Assembly (NCBI GenBank): GCA_947373225.1
Contig: CANBWX010000002.1
Span: forward strand, 4,970 to 68,969
Source: Flavobacteriaceae bacterium
GTDB lineage: Bacteria; Bacteroidota; Bacteroidia; Flavobacteriales; Flavobacteriaceae
Direction of reading: 5' to 3'
Length of the DNA: 64,000 nt
The notes under the pieces: generated by a model
Told to the model about the DNA's origin: nothing
The model's input: only the letters and a program-made list of their open reading frames with translations
Database searches by the model: none
Part shown: positions 48,430-58,829 of the stretch, piece after piece
Layout of the letters: the number at the start of each line of letters is the position of its first letter
How positions within the stretch are numbered: position 1 is the first letter of the stretch
Program-made: the position numbers and the translations under genes

Positions 48430-49050
48430 CCAAAAGCGTAACAAAACTAATTGCGGGATTACTCCCAAAAGTAAACCAATAACTAATTCTTTGTTCGTAT
48501 GTGCATTCATTTCCAGTCGTGAAGTAGCGACAACGCCATTCATAAATACAAAAAACGCAATTATATTGATGTTATGGGTTTGATTATGAATGCTCAATCC
48601 AATAACGAAAACGGTCAAAGCGCTAATGGCTAACATATGAAGACTAGCTTTTGTTTTAAAGAACACAAAAATCAACGCTAAAACGGTACTCAATAATCCT
48701 CCCAAAAAGAAAAAATGAAATTCAGGAAAATGCTCTAAAGTAATGCTTTTTCGAATAAGCAAAATAGTCAAAAAACACTGAATTACTAACGGAATTTTGC
48801 GTTGTGAAACTTCCGAAATCATAACAGAATTTATTTTTCCCGCAGTTCGCAATCCCAAATAAAACAAAACAGGAAGCAATATCGTAATAACAATTATTTG
48901 AAAAATAGCGAAGTATTTTTCTGGATTTGAAAAATAAGAACCATTCAAAAAAAAGTATATGAATGCCGCATATACCGATATGAATATCGGATGGAATAAA
49001 TAGGAAAAAAAAGGAAGTATTTTTTTCAAGTGTGATTGTTTTTTATCCAA
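48424..49050 (-). CDS. Conserved multi-pass membrane protein (PAP2-like C-terminus)
   Basis: SYLFHPIF, KASLHM, SRLEMNAHTNKE. Confidence 0.7.
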   Translation of the reverse strand: MDKKQSHLKKILPFFSYLFHPIFISVYAAFIYFFLNGSYFSNPEKYFAIFQIIVITILLPVLFYLGLRTAGKINSVMISEVSQRKIPLVIQCFLTILLIRKSITLEHFPEFHFFFLGGLLSTVLALIFVFFKTKASLHMLAISALTVFVIGLSIHNQTHNINIIAFFVFMNGVVATSRLEMNAHTNKELVIGLLLGVIPQLVLLRFWL

Positions 49051-49252
49051 TTGCTTTAAAGAAATAGAATAATGATGCTATTCCAAATGCAGTTATAATA
49101 AACCAATGTCGAAATGTATCAAGAGAAGTTAAAGGTTTATAATATTCTTGTGAATTTTGTTTTCTATCGCTTAGCCGCAACTTATGAAATTTGTAAAAAG
49201 CAAATGCCGCTACTGCAAATAAAAAACTATACAATAAAGATTTATATTTCAT
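49043..49252 (-). CDS. Small 2-TM hypothetical protein
   Basis: 69 aa, overlaps the next gene by 8 bp, A-rich leader. Confidence 0.55.
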   Translation of the reverse strand: MKYKSLLYSFLFAVAAFAFYKFHKLRLSDRKQNSQEYYKPLTSLDTFRHWFIITAFGIASLFYFFKAIG

Positions 49253-49310
49253 ATTACTTTTTTATCAATTATATAATCCAAATTCGTAAATCCAAAATCG
49301 TATATCAAAA

Positions 49311-50786
49311 TTACATTTTCTTCCTCATTCTCGCCACGGGAATATCTAACTGTTCTCGGTATTTTGCAATAGTCCTTCTTGCAATTGGATAGCCTTTTTC
49401 CAAAAGGATTTCGGCCAATTGATCGTCAGGAAGCGGTTTTTGTTTGTCCTCGTCCTCAATTACATTTTGTAGAATTTTCTTGATTTCGAGTGTTGAAACT
49501 TCTTCGCCTTGATCGTTTTTCATCGCTTCCGAGAAAAATTCCTTGATTAGTTTTGTTCCATAAGGTGTTTCTACATATTTGCTATTTGCCACGCGAGAAA
49601 TAGTCGAAATATCAAGCCCAACCATATCAGCAATGTCTTTCAAGATCATCGGTTTTAGCATGGTTTCATCGCCTTCAAGAAAATATTCTCGTTGGTAATG
49701 CATAATTGCATTCATCGTTACATAAAGGGTTTCTTGGCGTTGTTTGATGGCGTCGATAAACCATTTAGCCGAATCTAATTTTTGTTTAATAAACTGAACA
49801 GCATCTTTTTGAGCGTTCGATTTATCACGAGAACTTTTATAGGTTTGCATCATTTCCTGATAATCTTTGGAAACGTGCAGGGAAGGAGCATTTCTTCCGT
49901 TTAGAGTCAAAACCAATTCCTCTTCTACAATTCGTATGGCAAAATCAGGAACAACATGTTCCGTAATTTTATTACTTCCGGTAAATGAACCGCCAGGTTT
50001 CGGGTTTAGTTTTTCTATTTCGTGAATGGCAGTTTTAAGTTGATCATTCGAAACAGCATATTTTTGAAGGAGTTTGTCGTAATGTTTTTTGGTAAAAGCA
50101 TCAAACTGATTTTCGATAATATCCATTGCCAAAGCCACGTATTCCGTAGGCGTTTTGTGCTTTAGTTGCAACAATAAACATTCCTGTAAATCGCGCGCAC
50201 CAACACCCGAAGGTTCCAGTTCGTGAATGATATGCAACATTCTATCGACCGTTTTTTCGTCGGTGTAAATACCTTGGGTAAACGCCATATCATCAACCAT
50301 ATCGGGAGTACTTCGTCGGATATAACCCATATCGTCAATGCTTCCCACAAGAAATTCTGCAATTTCTCGCTCGGAATCATTCAATATAAAAGTATTTAAT
50401 TGATTGATTAAATCTTGGTGAAAACTTATCGGCGCAACCAGTGGCGACTCATGTTCTTCATCGTCATCGCTGTAATTATTAGCTTGAGTTTTGTAATCTG
50501 GCGTTTCGTCGCTGCTTAAATATTCGTCAATGTTGATGTCGCTCGTGTCTTCGTTATCATGGTCATCATAATCGTCGAATTCGTCATTGGTATCGTCATT
50601 GTCGAATTCGTCTTTATCGTAAATTTCTTCTTCGTCTGTGCCTGTTTCCAACGCTGGATTTTCATTCATTTCTTCCAGCAAACGTTGTTCGAATGCTTGC
50701 GTTGGTAATTGAATTAACTTCATCAACTGGATTTGTTGAGGAGATAATTTTTGGGACAGTTTTAGATTTAGAAATTGCTTAAGCAT
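49311..50786 (-). CDS. rpoN: RNA polymerase sigma-54 factor
   Basis: LSPQQIQLMKLIQL, GVGARDLQECL, STISR, ARRTIAKYRE (RpoN box). Confidence 0.97.
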   Translation of the reverse strand: MLKQFLNLKLSQKLSPQQIQLMKLIQLPTQAFEQRLLEEMNENPALETGTDEEEIYDKDEFDNDDTNDEFDDYDDHDNEDTSDINIDEYLSSDETPDYKTQANNYSDDDEEHESPLVAPISFHQDLINQLNTFILNDSEREIAEFLVGSIDDMGYIRRSTPDMVDDMAFTQGIYTDEKTVDRMLHIIHELEPSGVGARDLQECLLLQLKHKTPTEYVALAMDIIENQFDAFTKKHYDKLLQKYAVSNDQLKTAIHEIEKLNPKPGGSFTGSNKITEHVVPDFAIRIVEEELVLTLNGRNAPSLHVSKDYQEMMQTYKSSRDKSNAQKDAVQFIKQKLDSAKWFIDAIKQRQETLYVTMNAIMHYQREYFLEGDETMLKPMILKDIADMVGLDISTISRVANSKYVETPYGTKLIKEFFSEAMKNDQGEEVSTLEIKKILQNVIEDEDKQKPLPDDQLAEILLEKGYPIARRTIAKYREQLDIPVARMRKKM

Positions 50787-50847
50787 GTTTAATCGTTTAT
50801 TTGTTGAATCGATTAACCGAATTAACGATTAACCAATTAACCTTTTT
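50787..50847. repeat. Octamer-like array filling the asnS-rpoN spacer
   Basis: GATTAACC, GAATTAAC, GATTAACC, AATTAACC plus an inverted GTTTAATC. Confidence 0.6.
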
Positions 50848-52281
50848 TTAAAAATCAGCATTCATTGGTGTTCTCGGGAAAGGAATTACGTCGCGAATAT
50901 TTGTCATTCCGGTTACAAAAAGAACTAATCTTTCGAATCCAAGTCCAAAACCAGAGTGAACTGCGCTTCCGAATTTTCGAGTGTCTAAATACCACCATAA
51001 TTCTTCTTCGCTAATTCCTAAGACTTTCATTTTTTCGACCAAAACGTCAAAACGTTCTTCTCTTTGTGAACCGCCTACGATTTCTCCAATTCCTGGAAAA
51101 AGAATATCCATGGCGCGAACCGTTTTTCCGTCTTCGTTCAAACGCATGTAAAACGCTTTAATATTGGCTGGATAATCAAACAAGATCACCGGACATTTAA
51201 AGTGTTTTTCCACTAAATAACGTTCGTGTTCCGATTGCAAATCAGCTCCCCATTCGTTGATGATGTATTGAAATTTTTTCTTTTTGTTTGGAGTACAATC
51301 TCTCAGAATATCAATTGCTTCGGTATAAGAAACGCGTTTGAAATTATTTTCTAAAACAAAGTTCAGTTTCTCCAACAAAGCCATTTCGCTTCTTTCGGCT
51401 TGTGGCTTCGATTTTTCTTCTTCCAATAAACGACCTTCCAGAAATTTTAAATCCTCAGGACATTTCTCCAAAGTATATTTGATTACATATTGAATAAAAT
51501 CTTCGGCCAAGTCCATATTGTCATTCAAATCGTTGAAAGCTACTTCGGGTTCAATCATCCAAAACTCAGCCAAATGGCGCGAAGTGTTCGAATTTTCTGC
51601 TCTAAATGTTGGTCCAAAAGTATAAATTTGACCTAAAGCCATGGCAAAAGTTTCCCCTTCTAATTGCCCGGAAACAGTTAAGTTCGTATGTTTTCCAAAG
51701 AAATCTTTCTTATAATCGATGTTGCCTTCTTCATTTTTTGGTAAATTGTCTAATGGTAATGAAGTCACTTGAAACATTTCTCCAGCACCTTCGGCATCCG
51801 CTCCAGTGATGATTGGCGTGTTGACATACACAAAACCTTTTTGCTGGAAATAACTGTGGACGGCGAAAGATAAAACCGAACGAATTCGCATAATTGCCCC
51901 AAAAGCATTTGTTCGAACTCTTAAATGCGCGTTTTCACGCAAGAATTCCAAGGAATGTTTTTTAGGTTGCATGGGGAATTTCTCTGCATCTGAGTCGCCA
52001 AGAATTTCTAGTTCCGTAACCTGAATTTCATATTTTTGACCCGCGCCTTTGCTTTCTACCAAATTTCCTGTTACCGAAATTGCGGCTCCAGTTGTGATTC
52101 TTTTTAAGGTTTCTTCGGCGGTGTTTTCAAAATCGACAACACATTGTATATTGTTAATCGTCGAACCGTCGTTCAGCGCAATAAATTGATTGTTTCTAAA
52201 AGTTCTAACCCAACCTTTTGCATTTATTGCTGTAAGCGTTGTTGTGCTGTTTAGCAAGTCTTTAACTCTTGTATGTTTCAT
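50848..52281 (-). CDS. asnS: Asparagine--tRNA ligase
   Basis: True start [10 protein letters not shown] at 52281; [47 protein letters not shown]. Confidence 0.97.
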   Translation of the reverse strand: MKHTRVKDLLNSTTTLTAINAKGWVRTFRNNQFIALNDGSTINNIQCVVDFENTAEETLKRITTGAAISVTGNLVESKGAGQKYEIQVTELEILGDSDAEKFPMQPKKHSLEFLRENAHLRVRTNAFGAIMRIRSVLSFAVHSYFQQKGFVYVNTPIITGADAEGAGEMFQVTSLPLDNLPKNEEGNIDYKKDFFGKHTNLTVSGQLEGETFAMALGQIYTFGPTFRAENSNTSRHLAEFWMIEPEVAFNDLNDNMDLAEDFIQYVIKYTLEKCPEDLKFLEGRLLEEEKSKPQAERSEMALLEKLNFVLENNFKRVSYTEAIDILRDCTPNKKKKFQYIINEWGADLQSEHERYLVEKHFKCPVILFDYPANIKAFYMRLNEDGKTVRAMDILFPGIGEIVGGSQREERFDVLVEKMKVLGISEEELWWYLDTRKFGSAVHSGFGLGFERLVLFVTGMTNIRDVIPFPRTPMNADF

Positions 52282-52343
52282 TGTAATTGTGTTAAAATTG
52301 TGATGCAATTGAATTACAAATATAGTCGATTTATTGTAATTTT

Positions 52344-52437
52344 TAGCCCCGATAGAAGCGGCATCCCACGCTTTTTTGCGTGGATATACAGAATAGCGGG
52401 ACACGAGCAAAGCGAACTGGCATAGCAAATAGCTCCT
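52344..52437 (-). ncRNA. Dispersed structured element, copy 3 (Flavo-1-like), with internal insertion
   Basis: Minus strand: AGGAGCTATTT-[26 nt]-CCCGCTATTC...ATCCACGC-A6-GCGTGGGAT...CTATCGGGGCTA. Confidence 0.6.
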
Positions 52438-52462
52438 AGATTGCTTTGTTCCTCGCAAAGGC
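52438..52462. repeat. Degenerate REP-like half element
   Basis: AGATTGCTTTGTTCCTCGCAAAGGC resembles the GATTGCTTCGTTCCTCGCAATGAC-type palindromic repeat (recalled, not searched). Confidence 0.4.
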
Positions 52463-52464
52463 AG

Positions 52465-54837
52465 CTATTTTACAATTTCTGCTTCTAAAATATCTTCTTT
52501 TGTCGCTTTCTTTTTTTCGAAAGTTAAAACCAAAGCTGGTAAAACCAAAAGATTTGCAAACATGGCGAATAGTAAAGTACAAGAAATTAAACCTCCAAGT
52601 GCAATCGTTCCGCTAAAGCTTGAAAGTGTGAATATAGCAAATCCGAAAACCAATACCACCGATGTGTAAAAGGTGCTGACACCTGTTTCATGCAATGCAC
52701 TGAAAACAGATTTTTTGATTTTTCCGTTATTTTCAATCAGATCATGGCGATATTTTGCCATGAACTGAATGGCATTATCTACCGATATTCCGAAAGCAAT
52801 ACTGAAAACCAAAATGGTCGAAGGCTTGAGCGGAATGCCAAAATAGCCCATCAATCCTGAGGTAATGCAAAGCGGAAGTATGTTTGTGATGATTGAAACC
52901 AAGATCATTTTTACGGAACGGAACATATACGCCATTAATCCTGCGATTAAAATAATTGCAAAAATGAGCGATTCGATAAGATTGTCTATTAAGTAAGAAG
53001 TTCCTTTTTGAAAAACCAATGCTTTTCCGGTTAAGCTAACTTCGTAACGGTCTTTTGGAAAAACTTTTTCGATTTTCGATTTTAATTTTCCTTCAACTTT
53101 TGCCATTTCATCGGTTCCAATGTCTTTCATGAAAGTCGTGATTCGGGCATATTGTCCTGTCGAATCTACATAACTTTTCATCAAATTGTCTTTCGTGTTT
53201 TTGGTGGCGTTTTTGGCGTACGAAAGGATAAATGCTTGTTCTTGCGAAGTAGGCAATTCGTAAAATTCTGGGTTTCCATTATAATAGGCTTGTTTCGAAT
53301 ATTTAACCAAATTTACAATAGAAACGGGTTTTGACAACTCTGGCATTTCGGAAATGGTTTGTTGTAATTCGTCCATTTTTTTCATGGTGGACAATTTCAT
53401 AACTCCTTTTTTGTGCTTGGTATTGATCATGATTTCTAAAGGCATAACGCCATTGAATTCTTTTTCGAAGAAAAGAATATCCTTGAAAAAGGAAGCGGAT
53501 TTTGGCATTTCGCCAATTAAACTTCCAGAAACTTTCATTTGCGAAACTCCAATTATGCTAAAAACCATTAGCAAACCATAAATAATATAAATGGTTTTTC
53601 GGTTGTTTCTTACAGCATATTCAACCCAATTTAAAACAGAAGAAAGATAGGTTTTTCTTAAATGATAAAGATGTTTTTCCTTTGGGATTGCCACAAAACT
53701 TGAGGCAATTGGTACAATTAATAAGGTTATTAGATAAACGGTTATGACATTTATTGAAGTTACTAATCCAAATTCGAAAAGCAAATCGTTTCCCGTAATC
53801 ATAAACGTTGCAAAACCTGCAGCGGTGGTAAGATTTGTCATCAAAGTAGAAACACCTATTTTAGAAATTACTCTTTGCAGTGCTTTTGCCTGATTACGGT
53901 GCAGTAATATTTCCTGCTGGTATTTGTTGATGAGGAAAATGCAGTTCGTAATACCAATTACGATGATTAATGGCGGAACTATTGCGGTAAGAATTGTAAT
54001 TTTATAATGGAATAATCCCAATGTTCCGAATGACCAAATTACGCTTAAAAGCAAGATGAAAATTGAAATTGATGTGGCAAGAACGGAGCGGAAAAACAAA
54101 AAGAAAATCAAGGAAGTGATGAATAAAGCCGCGCCAATAAAGAACCCAATTTCGCCTTTCATGTTTTCGGCATTGATGGTTCGAATGTAGGGCATTCCTG
54201 AAACACGAAGATCTATTCCTGTGGTTTTTTCAAATTTATCGATTTTAGGAATCAGATTTTCGATAATAAACGTCTTTCTTTCTGCGGTGTTGACGATTTT
54301 TTTGTTCAAATAAACTGCCGAACGAATACTTCCTGTTTTTTTATTGAACAATAAACCTTCGTAAAAAGGCAATTTATTGAATAGTTCGTTTTTAATTTCT
54401 CTCAGATAAGTGGTGCTATTCGTTTGTTTTTGGTCAACAAGCGGAACTAGTTCGAATTTCTCGGCAATGGTATCTTTTTGTAATTTTTTCAGGTCGTTCA
54501 GAGAAACGACAAGTTCTACATCTTTCGAGTTTTTTAATCCGGTCATCAATTCATTCCAAGCGGCATAAGCTTTTGGAGTAAAAAACGAATCGTCTTTGAA
54601 ACCAATAACGATCAGATTACCTTCTTCGCCAAACTTATTTAAGAAGTCTTGATATTGTTTGTTAACAATGTGATTTTTAGGAAGTAAATTAGCTTCGGTG
54701 TAAGTCATGCTAAGATTTTTCCATTGATAACCAAGAAAAATCGTTAAGACAAGAATAACTCCGAGAATTATGACTCTATTTTTGAGTATGATATGGGCAA
54801 TCATTTCCCAAAATCCTACTTTTAATGCTTTTTTCAT
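52465..54837 (-). CDS. MMPL/RND family transporter
   Basis: Two repeats of TM + periplasmic loop + TM bundle; IGITNCIF and GISVDNAIQF. Confidence 0.9.
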   Translation of the reverse strand: MKKALKVGFWEMIAHIILKNRVIILGVILVLTIFLGYQWKNLSMTYTEANLLPKNHIVNKQYQDFLNKFGEEGNLIVIGFKDDSFFTPKAYAAWNELMTGLKNSKDVELVVSLNDLKKLQKDTIAEKFELVPLVDQKQTNSTTYLREIKNELFNKLPFYEGLLFNKKTGSIRSAVYLNKKIVNTAERKTFIIENLIPKIDKFEKTTGIDLRVSGMPYIRTINAENMKGEIGFFIGAALFITSLIFFLFFRSVLATSISIFILLLSVIWSFGTLGLFHYKITILTAIVPPLIIVIGITNCIFLINKYQQEILLHRNQAKALQRVISKIGVSTLMTNLTTAAGFATFMITGNDLLFEFGLVTSINVITVYLITLLIVPIASSFVAIPKEKHLYHLRKTYLSSVLNWVEYAVRNNRKTIYIIYGLLMVFSIIGVSQMKVSGSLIGEMPKSASFFKDILFFEKEFNGVMPLEIMINTKHKKGVMKLSTMKKMDELQQTISEMPELSKPVSIVNLVKYSKQAYYNGNPEFYELPTSQEQAFILSYAKNATKNTKDNLMKSYVDSTGQYARITTFMKDIGTDEMAKVEGKLKSKIEKVFPKDRYEVSLTGKALVFQKGTSYLIDNLIESLIFAIILIAGLMAYMFRSVKMILVSIITNILPLCITSGLMGYFGIPLKPSTILVFSIAFGISVDNAIQFMAKYRHDLIENNGKIKKSVFSALHETGVSTFYTSVVLVFGFAIFTLSSFSGTIALGGLISCTLLFAMFANLLVLPALVLTFEKKKATKEDILEAEIVK

Positions 54838-55033
54838 ATAAAAAATAAAAATGGTTGCAAAGGTATGTAAATCCGAATATATTTAACTATTTACATAGCT
54901 ACAATTGTGGTTTTTTTATGTTGTTTTTTCGTAAAGATTAAATTTATATTATTAATTTTTTTGACGGCATTATTTTTAAAGTTAGATTTCTCATCTTTGT
55001 TGTAAATTATAGATAAAGTTGAGATTATACTAA

Positions 55034-57304
55034 ATGAGAAATATAAAAAATACAATATTCTATTTTGCAGTAACGGGCGGTTTTACAGCTCTAATTTATT
55101 GGATTGCTGGTAAAGGAAAAGATTTAGAAATTGGCAATAAATTATTGGTTCCAGTAACCGAAAACAATCATTGGAATAATTTCGTTTCGTCAATAGAACT
55201 TAATTTGCATCATCCTTTAGCTATACTTTTGGCGCAAATTATTACAATCATTATCATTGCTCGTTTTTTTGGTTGGATTTTCAGAAAAATGGGACAACCA
55301 TCGGTAATTGGCGAAATCATTGCGGGAATTTTTCTTGGCCCCTCTTTATTAGGTTTGTATTTCCCTGATTTTTCGATCGCTTTGTTTCCCGCAGAATCCT
55401 TAGGGAATTTACAGTTTTTAAGTCAAATCGGATTAATTCTTTTCATGTTTATTATTGGAATGGAACTCGACTTGAAAGTACTAAAAAATAGGGCGAACGA
55501 AGCTATTGTCATTAGTCACGCCAGTATTGTAATCCCGTTTGCGTTAGGAATTGGTTTAGCTTATTTTGTTTACCATGATTTTGCTCCGGAAGGTGTTGCT
55601 TTTTTGCCGTTTTCCTTATTTATGGGAATTGCATTAAGTATAACTGCATTTCCAGTTTTGGCACGAATTGTTCAAGAAAGAGGTATTCATAAAACAAAAT
55701 TAGGTGCTATCGTTATTACTTGTGCTGCTGCCGATGATATTACGGCTTGGTGTATTCTTGCTGCGGTTATTGCAATTGTAAAGGCGGGAACTTTCGTTAG
55801 TTCCCTTTATGTTATTGGATTGGCGATTTTCTATGTGATTGTAATGATTTTTATTGTTAAGCCATTCTTGAAAAAAATTGGAGAATTATACGGAACTAAG
55901 GATAATATTAACAAACCTGTTGTTGCCATTTTCTTTTTGACCTTAATTATTTCGTCTTATACAACCGAAGTAATTGGGATTCATGCTCTTTTTGGTGCTT
56001 TTATGACTGGAGTAATTATGCCGGATATAACTAAATTTAGAAGTATTTTCATTGAAAAAGTAGAAGATGTTTCGGTTATATTATTACTTCCTCTATTTTT
56101 TGTTTTTACAGGATTGCGTACCCAAATAGGGCTAATTAACGATCCTTATTTATGGAAAGTTACCGGATTTATTATTCTTGTAGCTGTTACCGGAAAATTT
56201 TTAGGAAGTGCTTTGGCAGCCAAATTTGTCGGTCAAACTTGGCGAGATAGTTTTACGATTGGCGCCTTGATGAATACTAGAGGTCTAATGGAATTAATCG
56301 TTTTGAATATTGGTTTAGATCTAAAAGTACTTACACCAGAAGTGTTTACAATGATGGTTATCATGGCATTAGTAACCACTTTTATGACAGGTCCGGCACT
56401 GAATTTAATCAACTATATTTTCAAAACAAAAGATTTAGATGGTTTAGAAGAAACCTCAATTGTAAAAAAATATAATATCTTAATTTCTTTTGGGAACAAC
56501 GAAAAAGGAAAATCACTTTTGCGATTAGCCAATAGTTTGGTCAAAAAACAAAAAGAGACTTCAACAATTACGGTTATGCACCTTGCCATGAGCGATGAGA
56601 TGCATCCTTATAATTTAGATGAATTCGAAAAAGACAGTTTCAAGCCAATTGTTGAAGAATCAAAAATATTGAAGCAAGAAATCACGACACTTTTTCAAGC
56701 AACTGTTGACATTGAAACTAATATAGCCGACATTGCTAATAATGGTGAATATGATTTGCTTTTGGTTGGTCTTGGGAAATCTATTTTCGAAGGAACTTTA
56801 TTGGGTAAAGTATTGGGATTTACAACAAGAATAATCAATCCCGACCGTTTATTTGATAAATTTACAGGTAGAGAAGGACTTTTCGAAAATTCGCCTTTTG
56901 ATGAAAGAACCCGACAAATTATTTCGAAAACCAGTATGCCTTTAGGTATTTTAATCGACAAAGATTTGCAGGAAGTAAATCAGGTTTTTATGCCGATTTT
57001 TTGTGGCGAAGATTCATTTTTGATTGATTATGCGCAGAAATTAATTTATAATAACAATTCCGAAATTATGATTTTGGATGTAAATGGTCAAGTAAACACC
57101 AATTTTGTTATTAAAAGTGCCTTGGATTCTTTGGTGCAAAAATATCCCAATAACATCACGTTGATGACAGACAAAATTATTAAAAAAGAGTTTTTAGCCA
57201 AACAGGATTTAATGATTATTAGCCTCGAAAGTTGGAAATCACTTGTAGATTCAAGAAGTATCTGGTTGAGTAGAGTTCCTTCGGTATTAATATTGAAAAA
57301 CTAA
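55034..57304 (+). CDS. Cation:proton antiporter (CPA2/CHX-like) with C-terminal cytoplasmic domain
   Basis: GQPSVIGEIIAGIFLGPS, SITAFPVLARI, AAADD, LMNTRGLMEL. Confidence 0.93.
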   Translation: MRNIKNTIFYFAVTGGFTALIYWIAGKGKDLEIGNKLLVPVTENNHWNNFVSSIELNLHHPLAILLAQIITIIIIARFFGWIFRKMGQPSVIGEIIAGIFLGPSLLGLYFPDFSIALFPAESLGNLQFLSQIGLILFMFIIGMELDLKVLKNRANEAIVISHASIVIPFALGIGLAYFVYHDFAPEGVAFLPFSLFMGIALSITAFPVLARIVQERGIHKTKLGAIVITCAAADDITAWCILAAVIAIVKAGTFVSSLYVIGLAIFYVIVMIFIVKPFLKKIGELYGTKDNINKPVVAIFFLTLIISSYTTEVIGIHALFGAFMTGVIMPDITKFRSIFIEKVEDVSVILLLPLFFVFTGLRTQIGLINDPYLWKVTGFIILVAVTGKFLGSALAAKFVGQTWRDSFTIGALMNTRGLMELIVLNIGLDLKVLTPEVFTMMVIMALVTTFMTGPALNLINYIFKTKDLDGLEETSIVKKYNILISFGNNEKGKSLLRLANSLVKKQKETSTITVMHLAMSDEMHPYNLDEFEKDSFKPIVEESKILKQEITTLFQATVDIETNIADIANNGEYDLLLVGLGKSIFEGTLLGKVLGFTTRIINPDRLFDKFTGREGLFENSPFDERTRQIISKTSMPLGILIDKDLQEVNQVFMPIFCGEDSFLIDYAQKLIYNNNSEIMILDVNGQVNTNFVIKSALDSLVQKYPNNITLMTDKIIKKEFLAKQDLMIISLESWKSLVDSRSIWLSRVPSVLILKN

Positions 57305-57310
57305 TTCATA

Positions 57311-57348
57311 AAAAAATTCGTCTCGATTTTCTCAAGACGGATTTTTAT
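57311..57348. terminator. Bidirectional hairpin between the antiporter gene and frr
   Basis: AAAAAATTCGTCT-loop-AGACGGATTTTT. Confidence 0.7.
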
Positions 57349-57366
57349 TTTTACTTTTTTTGAAAG

Positions 57367-57930
57367 TTACACTTTCATTATTTCAGCTTCTTTGTGAACA
57401 AGAAGTTCGTCAATTTTTTTGATAAAGCTATTGGTCAAGTTTTGAACTTCATCTTCGGCTCTTTTACAAACATCTTCTGAAGTTCCTTCTTTTTCCAATT
57501 TTTTAATGTCGGTATTAGCGTCTTTACGAACATTTCTAATTCCAATTTTTGCGTCTTCCGCTTCTGTTTTCGCTTGTTTTGCAAGATCACGTCTTCGTTC
57601 CTCGGTCAATGGTGGAACACTGATTATAATTATATCGCCGTTATTCATTGGGTTGAAACCAATATTGGCAATCATAATTGCTTTTTCGATAGGTTGCAAC
57701 ATTTTCTTTTCGAAAGGCTGCAAAGTAATCGTTCTTGCGTCTGGTACATTGATATTTGAAACTTGCGAAAGAGGTGTCGCTGCTCCGTAATAATCAACAA
57801 AAACGCTTCCTAACATCGCTGGATTTGCTTTTCCTGCACGAATGTTTAGGAATTCTTTTTCCAAATGCGCAATAGAACCCGCCATAGATTCTTGGGTGCT
57901 ATCTAAAATAAATTCAATTTCTTCGGTCAT
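57367..57930 (-). CDS. frr: Ribosome recycling factor
   Basis: IRAGKANP, DYYG, NPMNNG, PPLTEERRRDL, IRNVR. Confidence 0.97.
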   Translation of the reverse strand: MTEEIEFILDSTQESMAGSIAHLEKEFLNIRAGKANPAMLGSVFVDYYGAATPLSQVSNINVPDARTITLQPFEKKMLQPIEKAIMIANIGFNPMNNGDIIIISVPPLTEERRRDLAKQAKTEAEDAKIGIRNVRKDANTDIKKLEKEGTSEDVCKRAEDEVQNLTNSFIKKIDELLVHKEAEIMKV

Positions 57931-57932
57931 AT

Positions 57933-58001
57933 TTTTAGGTTTTAGGTTTTAGGTTTTAGGTGTTTGGAGAAACCCAACACCCATTACCTAGAACCATTTA
58001 C
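57933..58001. repeat. Opposed heptamer arrays in the pyrH-frr spacer
   Basis: (TTTTAGG)4 at 57933-57960; ACCCAAC ACCCATT ACCTAGA ACCATTT at ~57971-57998. Confidence 0.8.
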
Positions 58002-58708
58002 TATATATTTACTTCTGTTCCTACGTTCTCGCCTTCGCAAATTTTCAATAAATTACCTTCTTTGTTCATGTCAAAAATCACGATAGGAAGTTTATTTTCC
58101 TGGCTTAATGTGAATGCAGTTGTGTCCATTACGTTTAACCCTTTTTTCAATACATCTTCAAAAGAAATATAATTGAATTTTGTTGCCGTGGCATCTTTTT
58201 CAGGATCGGCAGTATAAACACCGTCAACACGAGTTCCTTTTAGGATTACGTCGGCATGAATTTCTACACCACGTAAAACCGCTGCTGTATCGGTTGTGAA
58301 ATAAGGGTTTCCTGTTCCTGCACCAAAAATTACGATTCTTCCTTTTTCAAGATGACGATCGGCTCTTCTTTTTATATATGGTTCTGCAATAGCTTCCATT
58401 TTCAGAGCGGTTTGCAATCTTGTTTTCATTCCTTTATCTTCTAGAACGCCTTGCAAAGCCATTCCGTTAATAACTGTGGCTAACATTCCCATGTAGTCGC
58501 CTTGCACGCGATCCATTCCGCTACTTGCTCCAGCAACACCTCTAAAGATGTTTCCTCCGCCTATCACGATGGCAATTTCTACTCCTTTGTCATGAACTTT
58601 CTTGATTTCATCAGCATATTCGGCTAATCTTGCGGGATCAATACCATATTGTCTTTCGCCCATAAGTGCTTCGCCACTTAATTTTAGAAGAATTCTTTTG
58701 TATTTCAT
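58001..58708 (-). CDS. pyrH: UMP kinase
   Basis: [41 protein letters not shown]. Confidence 0.98.
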   Translation of the reverse strand: MKYKRILLKLSGEALMGERQYGIDPARLAEYADEIKKVHDKGVEIAIVIGGGNIFRGVAGASSGMDRVQGDYMGMLATVINGMALQGVLEDKGMKTRLQTALKMEAIAEPYIKRRADRHLEKGRIVIFGAGTGNPYFTTDTAAVLRGVEIHADVILKGTRVDGVYTADPEKDATATKFNYISFEDVLKKGLNVMDTTAFTLSQENKLPIVIFDMNKEGNLLKICEGENVGTEVNI

Positions 58709-58729
58709 TCTGATTTTTATTTAAAATTT

Positions 58730-58758
58730 GGAGTCATGCTATCGCAAGCTCAAGTCAT
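58730..58758 (-). promoter_or_regulatory. 29-bp leader motif of pyrH (shared with leuS)
   Basis: ATGACTTGAGCTTGCGATAGCATGACTCC, located between the -7 box (58781-58788) and the ATG. Confidence 0.6.
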
Positions 58759-58829
58759 GAGTATGATGAATTATTTATTGCAAATATAGGGATATTCTGT
58801 TTTTCATGAAATAGAGTTTAAAAAAAAAA

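Noticed and set aside
52282-52458. 59-aa N-terminal extension of AsnRS in the ORF track
   Set aside because: It is read through a repeat element. A -7 box and A-rich leader support the ATG at 52281.
57933-57960. Telomere-like (TTTTAGG)4 as eukaryotic contamination
   Set aside because: Only four units, embedded seamlessly between pyrH and frr; it fits the local heptamer-array class.
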